A stretch of DNA of 64,000 bases, taken from Octopus sinensis (taxonomy: Eukaryota). The notes under the pieces were generated by a model. It made no database searches. It was not told the DNA's origin and saw only the letters and a program-made list of their open reading frames with translations. The first letter of the stretch is position 1. Each line of letters starts with the position of its first letter. Both the position numbers and the translations under genes were made by a program. Positions 26,723 through 40,870 of the stretch are shown here, piece after piece. The stretch is taken from NCBI RefSeq assembly GCF_006345805.1, contig NC_043017.1, positions 19,468,001-19,532,000 of the forward strand, given 5' to 3'.

Positions 26723-26911
26723 TACTGAAGAAGGATGTTTAGGGTCTGGGTAAAGACAGGCTTGTCATGGTGGGAATAGTCTTTTGATCACAGGTAACAG
26801 TGGATGACAAAAGACCTGGAGTTAAACAACACCATCTTTATGCAGAATTGAACCAGTGGAAGGTGCTGAGAATGGTTAATAACTTTAACAGACAACATTA
26901 TAAATTGGTTT

Positions 26912-27288
26912 ACTCTTTTACTTGTTTTAGTCATTTGACTGCGGCCATGCTGGAGCACCACCTTAATTGAGCAACTCGACCCCGGGACTTATTCTTTGTA
27001 AGCCCAGTATTTATTCTATCGGTCTCTTTTGCCAAACCGCTAAGTGAAGGGGACATAAACACACCAGCATCGGTTGTCAAGCAATGCTAGGGGGACAAAC
27101 ACAGACACACAAACATATACATATATACGACGGGCTTCTTTCAGTTTCCGTCTACCAAATCCACTCACAAGGCTTTGGTCGGCCCAAGGCTATAGAAGAC
27201 ACTTGCCCAAGGTGCCATGCAGTGGGACTGAACCCAGAACCATGTGGTTGGTAAGCAAGCTACTTACCACACAGCCACTCCTGCGCCT
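26912..27288 (-). mobile_element. SINE family C, young copy
   Basis: Full length from aggcgcaggagtggctgtgtggtaagt to the agtaaa tail. Confidence 0.88.
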
Positions 27289-28334
27289 ATATATAATTGA
27301 ATCTTCTGTTTTTTACTTGTTTCTGTTACTTGACTGTGGCCATGCTGGGGCATCACCATGAAAGGCCTTTACGTTGAATGAACAGTTTAATCCCCCAGGA
27401 CTTATCTGGCCAGTCTCTTTTACCCAACTGCTAATTTATGGGGATGTGAACAAACCAACACTGGTTGTCAGACGGTAGGAGTAGGGTGGGAGTGGGGATC
27501 CTCCACACACACACATACTAGCACTTTTGGCTTTACAAATATAGTGAAGTTTCCTTTGAGAAACAAAATCCTAACAGGAAACTCTAAATAGAAAACAAGG
27601 TGAAACTTCATCTTTGAATAAATATGCATGTGGGTGTGTGTGCATAATACACACACACAAACCTAGTTGATAAAGTTCTAAAGTGGCACATCAACGATTA
27701 TTTAATAAACGTTTGGCATCAAAGTATAAACAAATCAACAAACTTAAATGGCTGAAAATACATTAAAAAAATATACATTGGAGAATTTCCATTTCCTTGA
27801 CAAGATGAATAATAATAATAATGATAATATTAATAATAAATTACATCAAAACTTCTGTAAATATAGTGGGAAGAGGTGAGGAACTATTTTTACTCTAACA
27901 CAAAGAGAGGTAAAAATAAGCTATCTATCTTTATACCTATCTATAGAGTTGAAACTTATAGAAAAACAAAAGATGAAAACAGGTGTATGAACAACAAGCA
28001 GGGGTATTAGTTTGATGCTCAGGAAAGTGAAAAAGTCTTTTATATTTCGAGCATATGCTCTTCAACAGAAAGGATTAAAAGAAAATAAACAGAGAGAATG
28101 AAAAAAAAACTTGTAGATTTTAGCGATACAACATGGTGAATGCTTTTATATATATATAAAATATTAATACACACACATATATTTATCACTTTAGATATTG
28201 CATATTTGTTTATTTCTTGTTTGTTCATTTTTATGCAAGTCTGTGGAGTACTCGGCCACTTGCATGTTAGCTTCATTAGCAGGCTGTACTGTTGATCGAT
28301 CCAACTAGAACCCTCCCAACCATAACTGAGTGCC

Positions 28335-28365
<31 letters not shown>

Positions 28366-28393
28366 TATACACATATATATATATATATATATT

Positions 28394-28794
28394 ACTTGTT
28401 TCAGTCATTAGACTGGCCATACTGGGGCACTGCCTTGAAGAGTTTTAGTGAAACAAATCAACCTCAAGACTTATTTTTTTTAATAGCCTAGTACTTATAT
28501 TCTTGGCCACTTTTGCTGAACTGCTGAGTTACGGGAATATAAACACACCAACACCGGTTGCCAAGTGGTGATTGTGGGGACAACCACAGACACAAAGACA
28601 CACACATATGCGTGTGCATGTGTGTATTTATATGACAGGCTTCTTTCAGTTTCCGCCAAGCAAATCCACTCACAGAGGCTTTGGTCAGCCCCAAGGCTAT
28701 AGTAGAAGACACTCGCCCAATGTACCATGCAGTGGGACTGAACTCCAAACCATGTGGTTGGTAAGCAGGCTTCTTACCACACAGCCACACCTGC
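28394..28794 (-). mobile_element. SINE family C
   Basis: Diverged full-length copy. Confidence 0.8.
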
Positions 28795-28825
28795 ATCTCT
28801 CCCTCATATATATATATATATTTTT

Positions 28826-29050
28826 TTCTTTACTGCCTAGAAGGGGCTAAACATAGAGGGGACAAACAAGGACTGACGAAGGGACTGAGTCGATTATATC
28901 GCCCCCAGTGCGAAACAGGTACTTTATTTATCGACCCCGAAAGGATGAAAGGGGAAGTTGACCTCAGCGGAATTTGAACTCAGAACGTAACGACAGACGA
29001 AATACCGCTAAGCATTTCGCCCAGCACACTAACGTGTCTGCCAGCTCACC
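28826..29050 (-). mobile_element. SINE family B
   Basis: Full-length match to the 1628-1861 reverse complement. Confidence 0.85.
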
Positions 29051-29072
29051 TATATATATATCTATATCTATC

Positions 29073-29122
<50 letters not shown>

Positions 29123-29599
29123 ATGACATGTAAAGAAAAACAGAATGAAGGAAAAGGTTGTATGTTTTCAAACACAAACAGTACGTGACAGATATTTTAT
29201 ATGTATGAAAGTGTTACATGATTACATGTCTGCTGGTTTTGTCTGCAAAAACAACAACAACAACAACAGTAGCAACAACAATGACAACAACAATAATAAT
29301 AGTGATATTGCTAATGTAGTTCCTACAACAGACTGAAGCGTGAATAAAATATATATTTAGTTTGTGATACAAGAGGAAACAAGTGAAAACAGATGTTGAG
29401 AGTAAAAATAGCTGTAAAAAGGGCAAAAAGAAAAACAACACTATATATATATGTATATACATGTATACATGTGTGTGTATGTATATGTGTGTGTGTATTA
29501 TAATATATATATATATATATATATACACGCACATATATACATATATAAAGTATATATTTAACCTATGTATATACATGTATACATATGTGTAATACACAC

Positions 29600-29611
29600 A
29601 CACCACACATA

Positions 29612-29674
<63 letters not shown>

Positions 29675-29767
29675 ATATATATAGATATAATATATATATA
29701 TAGTATATTATATATATATATATATAATATATATATATAATATATATGTGTATATATTATATATATG

Positions 29768-29801
<34 letters not shown>

Positions 29802-29868
29802 TTATATATATATATATATATAGAATATATTATATATTATATATATATGTATATATATATAATGTATA

Positions 29869-29935
<67 letters not shown>
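29600..29935. repeat. Long imperfect (TA)n microsatellite
   Basis: Directly visible; similar tracts at 18850-19045, 31330-31625, 34360-34660, 45510-45705 and 62190-62545. Confidence 0.95.
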
Positions 29936-30020
29936 TGCACACAGAAGAGTAATGAATTGCAGGTTAGATCAGAAAGTTACATGAATTAAAAGAAGTTTTG
30001 AAAAAAAAAATCTTACTTTC

Positions 30021-30053
<33 letters not shown>

Positions 30054-30339
30054 CAATAGAAAAAAAGAAAAGAAACAAAAACTAACAACAACACCCCCTA
30101 CCATCAATTCTTAATTAGGGTCCCTAATAAATAGCAGCACAAGTTACAAGTTAAATCCCCACCCCTAATCTCTTAATCTATTTGAAGGGTACGGGTGATG
30201 GTTAGGTGCTTAGATAATAACCCTCTCTATACGAAAAAGAACAAAGAGCAGTGGTTCTCAACCATTTTACGATCCGGGTCAGATCCAAAATCTGGATCGA
30301 GGAGTGGGGGGCACAAAAAAAAAAAGTAAAATGTAAGTC

Positions 30340-30477
30340 AGTTAAAGAGCTGTGTGATAAGACATTTGTCTCCCAACCACATGGTTCCAAGTTCAGTTCC
30401 ACTGTGTTACACCTTGGGCAAGAGATTCAGGCTGACCAAAGCCTTGAGTGGATTTAGTAGGTGGAAACTGAAAGACC

Positions 30478-30521
<44 letters not shown>

Positions 30522-30660
30522 TGTATGTCTTTATGTGTCTCAACTTGTCTCCCATCACTGCTTGACAAACTGGTGCTGGTGTGTCTATGTACCAGTAACT
30601 AAGCAGCTCAGCAAAGGAGACTAATAAAATTAGTATTAGGCTTTAAAAAAAAAAGTCCTG
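30340..30660 (+). mobile_element. SINE family C, antisense to the host gene
   Basis: Head gagctgtgtgataag...gttcagttcc; lacks the 3' tail. Other + partial copies near 15.8, 16.7, 17.3, 32.8 and 63.1 kb. Confidence 0.75.
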
Positions 30661-31589
30661 GGGTCGATCATCATCATCATCATCGTTTAATGTCCGTTTT
30701 CCATGCTAGCATGGGTTAGACGGTTTGACCGGAGTTCTGGGAAGCTAGAAGGCTGCACCAGGCTCCAGTCTGATCTGGCAGTGTTTCTACAGCTGGATGC
30801 CCTTCCTAACGCCAACCACTCCGTGAGTGTAGTGGGTGCTTTTTACGTGCCACCTGCACAGGTGCCAGGCGAGGCTGGCAACGGCCGCGATCGGATTAGT
30901 GCATTTTACGTGCCACCAGCACGGAAGTCAGTCAAGGCAGCACTGGCATCAGCCACACATTTTTCAAGGCAGTGCCCCAGCATGGCCACAGCCAAATGAC
31001 TGAAACAAAGTAAAAGATAAAAGATATTTATAGAGGGGAGCCCATCGAGGGCCACAAGAAGGATGCATGAGGCCCACAGCTGAGAACTACTGTAACCACA
31101 GTGGTTTAAGCCTAAAAGAAGTTTGGACTGCTAAAAGGAGGTGGGGCATGAGATGGTAGTCAGGTGGAGATGGAGTAAGGGGTGGTGGTGGTGGTGGTTG
31201 CCCTTCTCTCCACCCTATGTAAACATAGAAGTTAAGTTTAGAGAAGTTGTTGCTAAGATGAATGTTGATTAAGATCTCCTTCAGACATAGGAGAAGATTG
31301 ATATTGACAGCATGCAATTAGATAGAGATGTATATACATACATATATACACATATGCATACATATATAAACATATATATATACATACATACATATATATA
31401 TATAAATATATATACATACTTATGTACACACACACATATATATATACACACATACATATACATTCATACACATATATCTATATACATTCATACATATATA
31501 TCTATATACATACACACACATATATATACATACATATACATTTATTTATATACATACACACACAAATTCACATATATATATAAATATAT

Positions 31590-31624
<35 letters not shown>

Positions 31625-32758
31625 ATACACCATTCTACATCTAGAGTATATACATATACACATACACATATAGTTATGTATATATATATCTACACACACA
31701 TATTTGTATACATGTGTGTATGTATGTACGTATGCTTGTGTGTGTGTGTTAAAACGAAAAGAAAAACTAGCTAACAGGGTGTATATTATATAGACAAGGG
31801 AGTTAGAAAGAGATGGATGGATGGATGTTTTTAGAGAAGTAATTAAAGAAGAAATTCCACTGTAAAAAGGTTAAGTGACAATCTAGAGAGATTTGATTCT
31901 GTTTAAAAAAAAAATAATGAAATGAAATGAAACGAAAGCAACTATCAGAGTTCCTCAGTTACTCGATGAAAAGTATAATGGCATAACAGACACAACAAAT
32001 AATAATAATAATAATAAAATAATAATAATAATAAAGATAATGCTGCTGATGGATTAAGTTATCAACTGTCTCTTCTGTTTCCTAAAAAAGATTCCATTTC
32101 CATTTTTTTAAAAATCAGATACCCTTCATCATAAGTTACAGGGATTCTGTAAAATGAACGAGGTCTGGGGAAAATAAAAGGGTCTATTGTTTCTAGATAA
32201 ATTGGGTTCCCATTTAGACTGATAAAAGAACTGTTGGAACATTGGATAGGATGCCTTGTGCAGTTTGTTTGGGATCTTCATGCTCTGAGTTCAAACCTCA
32301 CTGTGGTCTACATGAGAGGTAAGCTTATTTTGTCACCACTGTTTAACACCACCACATGATCCTTGGGTACCTTTTTAAGGGTCCACTTTGTTCTCACTCA
32401 GTTTAACACCACCATCTGGTTCTTGAGTTCCATTTAGAGGAGTCTATTTTGTTGTAAGCAGTGAAGCTAGGGCTCTGGTTTGCAGATAACTTTTACCCTC
32501 CTTTCCTCTACCCCTGGTCTCCAAGGTCCTAAAAAGGGACACAAGCACCACTCTTCCTTTCTAAGCAGCAACATAATAATATATATATATATATATATAT
32601 ATGTAGTCCACTCTGCTGAGTGGTTGGTGTCAGGAAGGGCACCCAGCTGTTAGAATCCTGCCAAAACAGTCACAGAAATCCGGTGCAGGCTTCTGCCTGG
32701 CCAGCTCCTACCAAACCACTCCACCCATGACAGCATAGAAGGTGGGCATTAAACGATG

Positions 32759-32798
<40 letters not shown>

Positions 32799-34375
32799 AT
32801 ACATATGTGTGTGTGTGTGTAGTGACAAGTGCAGACGTGGCCATGTGGTTAAGACTGCTTTCCAACCACATGGTCTTGGGTTCAGTTCCACTGCATGGCA
32901 CTTGAACAAGTGTCATCTACTTTGGTCCTAGGCTGACCCTGTGAGTGGATTAGTAGAGAGAAACTGAAAGAAGCCTGCTGTATATAGATGTTTGTGTGTG
33001 CACTCACCCTTGCTTTGACTGCATGGGATGGCTGTAAATGAGCATCACTGTCACACAAGCAGTGTCATTCATCTTCAATCTTCCATGGAAATATGTAAGA
33101 CCATGGGGAAATGGAAATGGAAAAAGGTGAAGGTTGGTGGCAGGAAAGGCACCAGACTACAGAAAATTTGCCTCAACAACATCTGTCCAACCCATGCAAG
33201 CATGGAAATGTGGGCATTGAAATGATGATGATGATGATGATGACTGGTACTAAAAGCTAAAGAAACATTGGGAGGTGAACTGAAAGATTCTTTGTGATTC
33301 AGGGTCCAGAATAACAGGGGACAACGAATTTTTATTCAGCCCACCCACCCAACATTAATGACTGCCACACTCCCACCTAGGGGCCACCCTTCAAATATTG
33401 GAAACTTAGTAGCTAAGATGGTAATGGCCCTTGATATCAAAAGTGTTATCTTGAAAGACTGTAAGAATGAGCAGATAGCCAAGCTGGATGAGAATCTGTT
33501 AAGAACATAAAGATAAGACCCTAATGGGCTGCAGATTGCAGCGCTTTGAGTCTAAATGAAGTAGAAAGCTGTATCAAGTGTTAACAATAAGAAACTCTTG
33601 TTGAAGCATCTGGAGAAAAAAAGAGAGAGGGGGGGTATATGGATTGTAAGAATAACACTACGACAGACTATTGAGGTTGGTTGAGGTGGGTGGTGTAAAC
33701 TGAAGGGTGGGGTAGGAGAGAGAAAAAAAACCCCTGATATGAAATATGAGTAAGAAGAAACTCTAGGGAAATAGTTTAACAAGAAGGTACAGTGATTTAA
33801 GTGTGAAAAAGTACACTAGAAGTCATTGAATTTAAGTGATGCTAATGTAAAAAAAAAAAAAATTAATAAATTTTTAAAAAATCATTAAAACAAAAATAGA
33901 TGAAAAATAAACAAAAACAAAAAGGCTTTTACCAAGAGTTTGTAATTAATTAAGAAGCCATAACGATGATTAGTAGTCATTAGGAAGATTATGTTTGTTT
34001 TACTTGTTAGTTTATTTTAATTTTTTATTTTCTGTTTTGTTTAGAAATATGTCTAAATGAAGATATTATGTCTAAAATAATTTTTTGAAAATGGTTGGTA
34101 CAAGTCAGAAAACATATATTTTCTATGTTAAGAGTACAAATACACATGTTTATTATTATTATTGTTGTTGTGTTTGTTGTTGTGTTGTAGAAGAGGAAGG
34201 AAAAAAAAAAAAAAAATTGTGAAGAAAAAGTAGTGTTGTATATTGCTTTAAACATTATTTGAGAAGAAGAAGAAGAAGAAGAAGAAGAAGAAAGACCACA
34301 ACAAAAGTGAAATGTGTGTGGGCTAACAGATAAGGACAAATCTATCTTATGGATGAGGGCTTATATATACATATA

Positions 34376-34431
<56 letters not shown>

Positions 34432-34492
34432 TATACATATATTCACACACACACACATATATATAAATATGTGTGTGTATATATATATATAT

Positions 34493-34527
<35 letters not shown>

Positions 34528-34559
34528 ATGTGTGTGTACGTATATATATGTGTGTGTGT

Positions 34560-34617
<58 letters not shown>

Positions 34618-35080
34618 TTTATCTATCTCTCTATTCATACATATATATATATATATAAGGAGAGAGAGAGGGGAATGGGAGAGAGATGTGTAGACTAATA
34701 AAGTCAAGTATTTTATCTCATGGAGAACAGTGTGTGTGTGTGTATGCGTGTGTGTGTGTGTGTGTGCGTGTGATGGTTTATACATACATATGGATGGATG
34801 AATGGATAGATAGATAGAGATGTATAGACAAGTACAGATAGATAATTAGATAAATAGAAAGATAAGAGCATAAAATAGATAAAGAAACCTGTGTGGGCTA
34901 ATAATAACAGATAAAGAATAGTGTGGGGGTCAATAAATAGAAATGAGTGAGGGCTAATATAGAGGGAGATAGACATGTGTGGGGTGATAATAGAGAAGGA
35001 AGTCGGAGAGGGGAAAGGCCTAATAAATAGATAGAGAAGTGTGTGCAAGAGGCTAATAGAAGGGTTTTAGGCAGGCAAGT

Positions 35081-35845
35081 GAGTATATGTATGTGGAAAG
35101 AGGGGGCTTATAGTTATGTATATTTCTTTACTACCCACAAGGGGACACAGAGGGGACAAACAAGGACAGGCAAACGGATTAAGCCGATTACATCGACCCC
35201 AGTACGTAACTGGTACTTAATTTATCGACCCTGAAAGGATGAAAGGCAAAGGCGTCCTCAGTGGAATTTGCCTTTCATCCTTTCGGAGTCGATAAATTAA
35301 GTAGCAGTTACGAACTGGGGTCGATGTAATCGACTGAATCCATTTGTCTGTCCTTGTTAGTCCCCTTTGTGTTTAGCCCCTTGTGGGTAGTAAAGAAATA
35401 TATATAACTATAAGCCCCCTCCTTTCCACATACACATACTTACTCAGAACATAATGGCAGACGAAATAGGGCTATGCATTTCGCCCGGTGTGCTAAAATT
35501 TCTTATTTCTTTATTGCCCACAAGGGGCTAAATATAGAGGGGACAAACAAGGACAGACAAAATACGGCTACGCATTTCGCCCGGTGTGCTAACGTTTCTT
35601 ATTTCTTTATTGCCTACAAGGGGCTAAATATAGAGGGGACAAACAAGGACAGACAAACGGATTAAGTCGATTACATTGACCACAGTGCGTAACTGCTACT
35701 TAATTTATTGATCCAGAAAGGCTGATAGGCAAAGTCGACCTCGGCGGAATTTGAACTCAGAACGTTACGGCAGAGAAAATATGGCTATGCATTTCGCCCG
35801 GTGTGCTAACGTTTCTCCCAGCTCGCCGCCTTATAGTTATATAGT
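35081..35845. mobile_element. Complex rearranged family B SINE insertion with internal foldback
   Basis: Inverted arms around a loop at 35251-35266, chimeric partial copies, TSD ttatagttat at 35108 and 35831. Confidence 0.8.
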
Positions 35846-36548
35846 TAAGCTGATGAGGGACAGAGGAAATACATGTTGGATATTAATGGAAATTTTTTTT
35901 TTTCGTGTGGGTGTTAATATGTAGAGGGAAGGGGTGGAGTGTGCTAATAGAAGGGGAGAGAGGGGGAGAAAGAGAGAAGAGTGTGTGGGGGGACTAGCAG
36001 AAATGTATGTGTGTGGGGGGAGGGGGGCTTAACAGATAGAGAAAAGTCTGGAAATGCAGGGAAGTGTGTGTGTGTGTGTAGAAGTGTAATAGATATGTAG
36101 AAAAGTATGGGGGAGGGGTAAATAGAGAGAAGTGTGTGTGTGTGTGTGTTTGGAGGTTATATAAAATTGCTAGAGAAGTATGTGGAGTTTCTGAAGAGAT
36201 TGTGAATAACGAAGACAGGACTTTGACTAACAATCAACTGATTGCTTAACGAGCACATTAAAGAAATGATTGATTAGCTAGTTGGTTAGATATTAAACCG
36301 ATTGACTGGGATTAAAGAAGTGATAATGAACCCGTGTGTGTGTGTGTTATTATTATTGGCGTAATGATCCTCCCAAGATACAAGATATCTGGAGTTAAAC
36401 AGAGAGAAACAAGTTTATGGATTGGTAGACAGATAAATGTATAGACAGACATAGATGGTGAGATAGATGGACAATTATATTGTATATATGTATAAGAAGG
36501 ATATATATATATATATAAATATACATACAGACACACACACAGAAATAC

Positions 36549-36938
36549 TTTTTTATTCTTTTACTTGTTTTAGTCATTTGACTGCAGCCATGCTGGAGCA
36601 CTGCATTTGGTTGAACAAATCGACCACAGGACTTATTCTTTATAAGCTTAGTACTTATTCTATCGGCCTCTTTTGCAAACCACTAACTTACAGGGATGTA
36701 AACACACCAACGTTGGTTGTCAAGCTATGGTGGGAGGACAAACACAAACACAATACACACACACACATTATATATATGATGGGCTTCTTTCAGTTTCTGT
36801 CTACCAAATCCACTCAAGGCTTTGGTTGGTCTGAGGCTACAGTAGAAGACACTTGTCCAAGGTGCCACACAGTGGGAATGAACCTGGAACCATGTGGTTG
36901 GGAAGCAAGGCTCTTACCACACAGCCACTCCTGCACCT
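36549..36938 (-). mobile_element. SINE family C
   Basis: Full-length copy; source of the spurious ORF 36467..36985. Confidence 0.85.
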
Positions 36939-37297
36939 ATGTAGATAGATTGATAAATGTGTGTGTACAGGAGGGGTGGGATTAACAGATAGGGAAGTGT
37001 TGGAGGTGGTGGGGGAGACACATGAAATGCTAAAAACAATAGATTAAAACATTTTGTAACCAAATAACAAGCAATCAAGAATGAAAGGAAAGATGGTTGA
37101 TATATAAGTATGAGAGTTAATTTAATCTGTTAATTTAATCTTTTAAAGACTGAAGTAACAACAACAACAACAACAATGATGATGTCAAAAATAATCTCAA
37201 TCAATCACATCATTAGAAAAAAAACAGCTTTAAAGATGTCCAAATGACCTGGTTAATTATACAATTGTGATTAACGAATTTGATTGCAATTTGCACT

Positions 37298-37506
37298 TAC
37301 TTTTTTACTTGTTTCAGTCAATTGACTGTGGCCATGCTGGAGCACCGCCGTTAGTCGAGCAAATCGACCCCGGGACTTATTCTTTGTAAGCCCAGTACTT
37401 ATTCTATCCGTCTCTTTTGCCGAACCGCTAAGCGACGGAGACGTAAACACACCAGCATCGGTTGTCAAGCAATGTTGGGGCAACAAACACAGACACACAA
37501 ACAAAT

Positions 37507-37563
<57 letters not shown>

Positions 37564-37732
37564 TATATACGACAGGCTTCTTTCAGTTTCCGTCTGCCAA
37601 ATCCACTCACAAGGCATTGGTTGGCCCGGGGCTATAGCAGAAGACACTTGCCCAAGATGCCACGCAGTGGGACTGAACCCGGAACCATGTGGTTGGTAAG
37701 CAAGCTACTTACCACACAGCCACTCCTGCGCC
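37298..37732 (-). mobile_element. SINE family C, young copy
   Basis: Full length with expanded internal TA tract. Confidence 0.88.
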
Positions 37733-38116
37733 TATTTGTCATTATTTAATAAATAATTCATTTTTTTATCTCTTGCTTGTTTCAGTCATTAGACTGTGGT
37801 CATGCTGGGATAAATTAAGTACCAGTTGCATACTGGGGTCGATCTAATTAACTGGCCCCCTCCCCAAAAATTTCAGGCCTTGTACTTAGAGTAGAAAAGT
37901 ATATATACATACATATATACACAATATGTACACATGCTTAAGAATAAATCAGCCGAAATTGCGAGGATGATCCAGTTCTTGACTGAAGATTGAAGGCTTC
38001 GAATGTCCCATCTGTGTTTTTTGTATCGTCTCCTAAATGTTTTGCGTTCTTGTCCCAGTTTGTATTTTTTTACACATATATATATATACATATACGTATA
38101 TACAAATGTGTGTGTG

Positions 38117-38150
<34 letters not shown>

Positions 38151-38597
38151 TGTAGATATTTACATTTTCCAGATTGGACTGACTGAGAGATGAGTGCCAA
38201 AGAACTAGATACAGAAGATAATAGCCTCCTCATCTACGATGTGGATGACATTTAGAAAAGAGAAAGAAAGAGAAAAGGAAAAAGTCTAAAAAGAATAATA
38301 ATGATAATAATAATAATAATAATAATAACAAATGGAAACATGAAAAGCTATTGGGACAATCTATAAGTTACATTTACAGGACATCAATAAAGCTTGTTGA
38401 ATGATTGATTGAGGAAGTGATTGATTATTCATGCAAAATTTAGACATGCATGCATATTTTTTTTTTGTTTTAGTCGGAGAATAAAAACAACATTAAGAAG
38501 AAGAAGAAAAAAATAAAACACTGAGACATTTGTTGCAGTAGCACACTTATAGATCAAAGAAGCAAATAAAAGCATTAAGTGATCAATACAGATGTAA

Positions 38598-38637
<40 letters not shown>

Positions 38638-39706
38638 GCAGAATGAAATGTGAGACAATGGTTATCAGTTGGAAAAAAAAAGAAAGAAAAAACATCAACA
38701 AGAACAACACAGACAGTAAGAATTATTATCACAATATTCCACAAAATGAAAGTAGAAAGAGAAAGAAGAGAAAGTGAGAGAGAGAGAGAATGTGTGAGTG
38801 AGTGAGTGAGTGAGAGAGTGAAAAAGAGAAGATAAAGAGATTTGACAAGCGAGAAATGAAGCATTTTTTTTTGATTACGGTACCATTGGGAGGTGATGTG
38901 GCCACTGAAAGTATAGCGAAAGAGAAATTAGTTTAACATCACAAAAAAAAAAGAGAAGAAAAAAATGTAAAAAAAAAAGGGGGAAAAATGTCAATAAAGA
39001 CAAAAATATAACAACAACAACAAACAAAAATCATCAACAAAGAAAATAATTTGAAGCTTCAAGGGTTGCGGGATTGGGAGCAACAATAGGCAAGGTAGAG
39101 GGTTCTTTGGGTGGAGGGTGGGGTTAGGGTTTAAACTTCATCTGAGCTAATTATTGTCACCAGGTTTCGGTCTCTTACGTTCCTCATCAGAGACAAGTTG
39201 TAATTGTTTGCCAAGAACAATATTACATCTGCATTTGTGTCTAGACCCAAAGCAAGTCTGTTCATGTATTTTTATCACATACACACATATACGTAGAGTG
39301 GAAAATGGTTATTATAATCATGTTATTGTTATCAGCTGGCTATTGCTATTTAAAAGGCTCCATTCCAAAGCGATCATAATAAACAGCTTCTACTACATAA
39401 ATACAGACATACATATATATGCATGCCTCTCTCCCTATATATGCGTGTGTGTGCATATATGTATATATTCACATGCACCCATGTGTTGTTCACAGGTGTA
39501 ATCTATCAATGTTTCATTACTGCTAATGCTCCCAAACAACTCGTTATTCCATACCACCACTACAGAAAAAAAAACCCAAAAAAAACTCGTCCCTCCCCCA
39601 ACTCCTTCATGCTTCAATTGCCAATTAGTAGAAATAATTAAAAGTAAACAATAAAACAACAGCATGAACAACTAACGACATTTTTTGCAGTGGAAAAGAA
39701 CCCCAA

Positions 39707-39741
<35 letters not shown>

Positions 39742-40071
39742 TATGATTTTGGTACAAGGCCAGGAATTTTGAGACAGGGGTAAGTCGATTACAACGACCC
39801 CACTGATCAACTGGTACTCTGCCAAAATTAGAAAAGAAATAATTATTATCGTTAAGATTTTTTTAATGGCAAAAAAAAAAAAAAAAAAAAAATGCAGCAT
39901 TTATTCTCACTCTTTACTTTCTGGATTGAAACCCTTTAAAGGTCAACTTTGCCTCTCATTCATTCGGGGTCAATAAAATTAAATTTTAGTCGAGTACTGG
40001 GGTCAATGATATCAAGACAACCACCTCACTAGCCTTGGATCTAAATCAGAAACTAATATTATTATCTAAAG

Positions 40072-40470
40072 GGCAGTGAGCTGGCAGAAATGCGTAGCTG
40101 TATTTCACCTGTCGTTACGTTGTGATTTCAAATTCCGCCGAAGTCGACTTTGCCTTTCATCCTTTCGGGGTCGATAAATTAAGTACCAGTTACGCACTGG
40201 GGTTGATGTAATCGACTTAATACCTATGTCTGTCCTTGTTTGTCCCCTCTGTGTTTAGCCTCTTGTGGGTAATAAAGAAATAGGTATTTCGTTTGTTGCT
40301 ATGTTCTGAGTGCAAATTCCACCGAGGCCGACTTAGCCTTTCATCCTTTCAGGGTTGATTAAATAAGTACCAGTTATACGCTGGGCTCAATATAATCGAC
40401 TTAAACCGTTTGTCTGCCCTTGTTTGTCCCCTCTGTGTGTAGCCCCTTGTGGGCAGTAAAGAAATAAGAG
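40072..40470 (+). mobile_element. Two head-to-tail family B SINEs
   Basis: Copies at about 40072-40290 and 40290-40470. Confidence 0.85.
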
Positions 40471-40479
40471 ATAAGAAAC

Positions 40480-40870
40480 TAATATTATTATCGTTATTAT
40501 TATTATTGAGAGAGCAGCACATCCCATCGTGTGCTGCTGGGGTAAGATACTCATCACGACTACCCGGCTGATAAGGGTACGACAGGCACATGCAGCACAA
40601 CCATATGTGCATCATATTGCAGGTGTCTTGATCAAAAGGTCCCAAAGTGTTTAAGGTTAACAAATGAAACATCCATGTTTCGAAGGGTGAATTATTCAAA
40701 CCCCAAAGAATTCCTCTTGACACATGTCTATGATGCTCCCCAACTACTTCTGCTCATGATCAGAGATGCGTATATCATAAGCCACTAAAGGACATGCTCA
40801 ACTGGTTAAGGTCAAGCAACAGACAAGCAGATCCATGGTATTGAGCAGAATATTTGCCATAGGCCATCTT
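40480..40870 (-). repeat. Unclassified dispersed repeat
   Basis: Homologous to 57035-57230 (+): gcaaatattctgctcaatacca...ttaaccagttgagcatgtcc. Confidence 0.7.

Noticed and set aside
36467-36985. 172-aa ORF and recurring peptides such as FFQFPSTKSTHKAL and EDTCPRCHAVGLNPEPCGW
   Set aside because: Chance open frames through family C SINE copies that recur throughout the window.
37960-38020. CTGAAGA...cttcGAATGTC as a hammerhead core (also a similar hint at about 41790-41820)
   Set aside because: Too many core and stem deviations to distinguish from chance.
38170-38250. Plus-strand acceptor plus mini-ORF MSAKELDTEDNSLLIYDVDDI
   Set aside because: Only 21 codons, an in-frame stop between acceptor and ATG, no other support.
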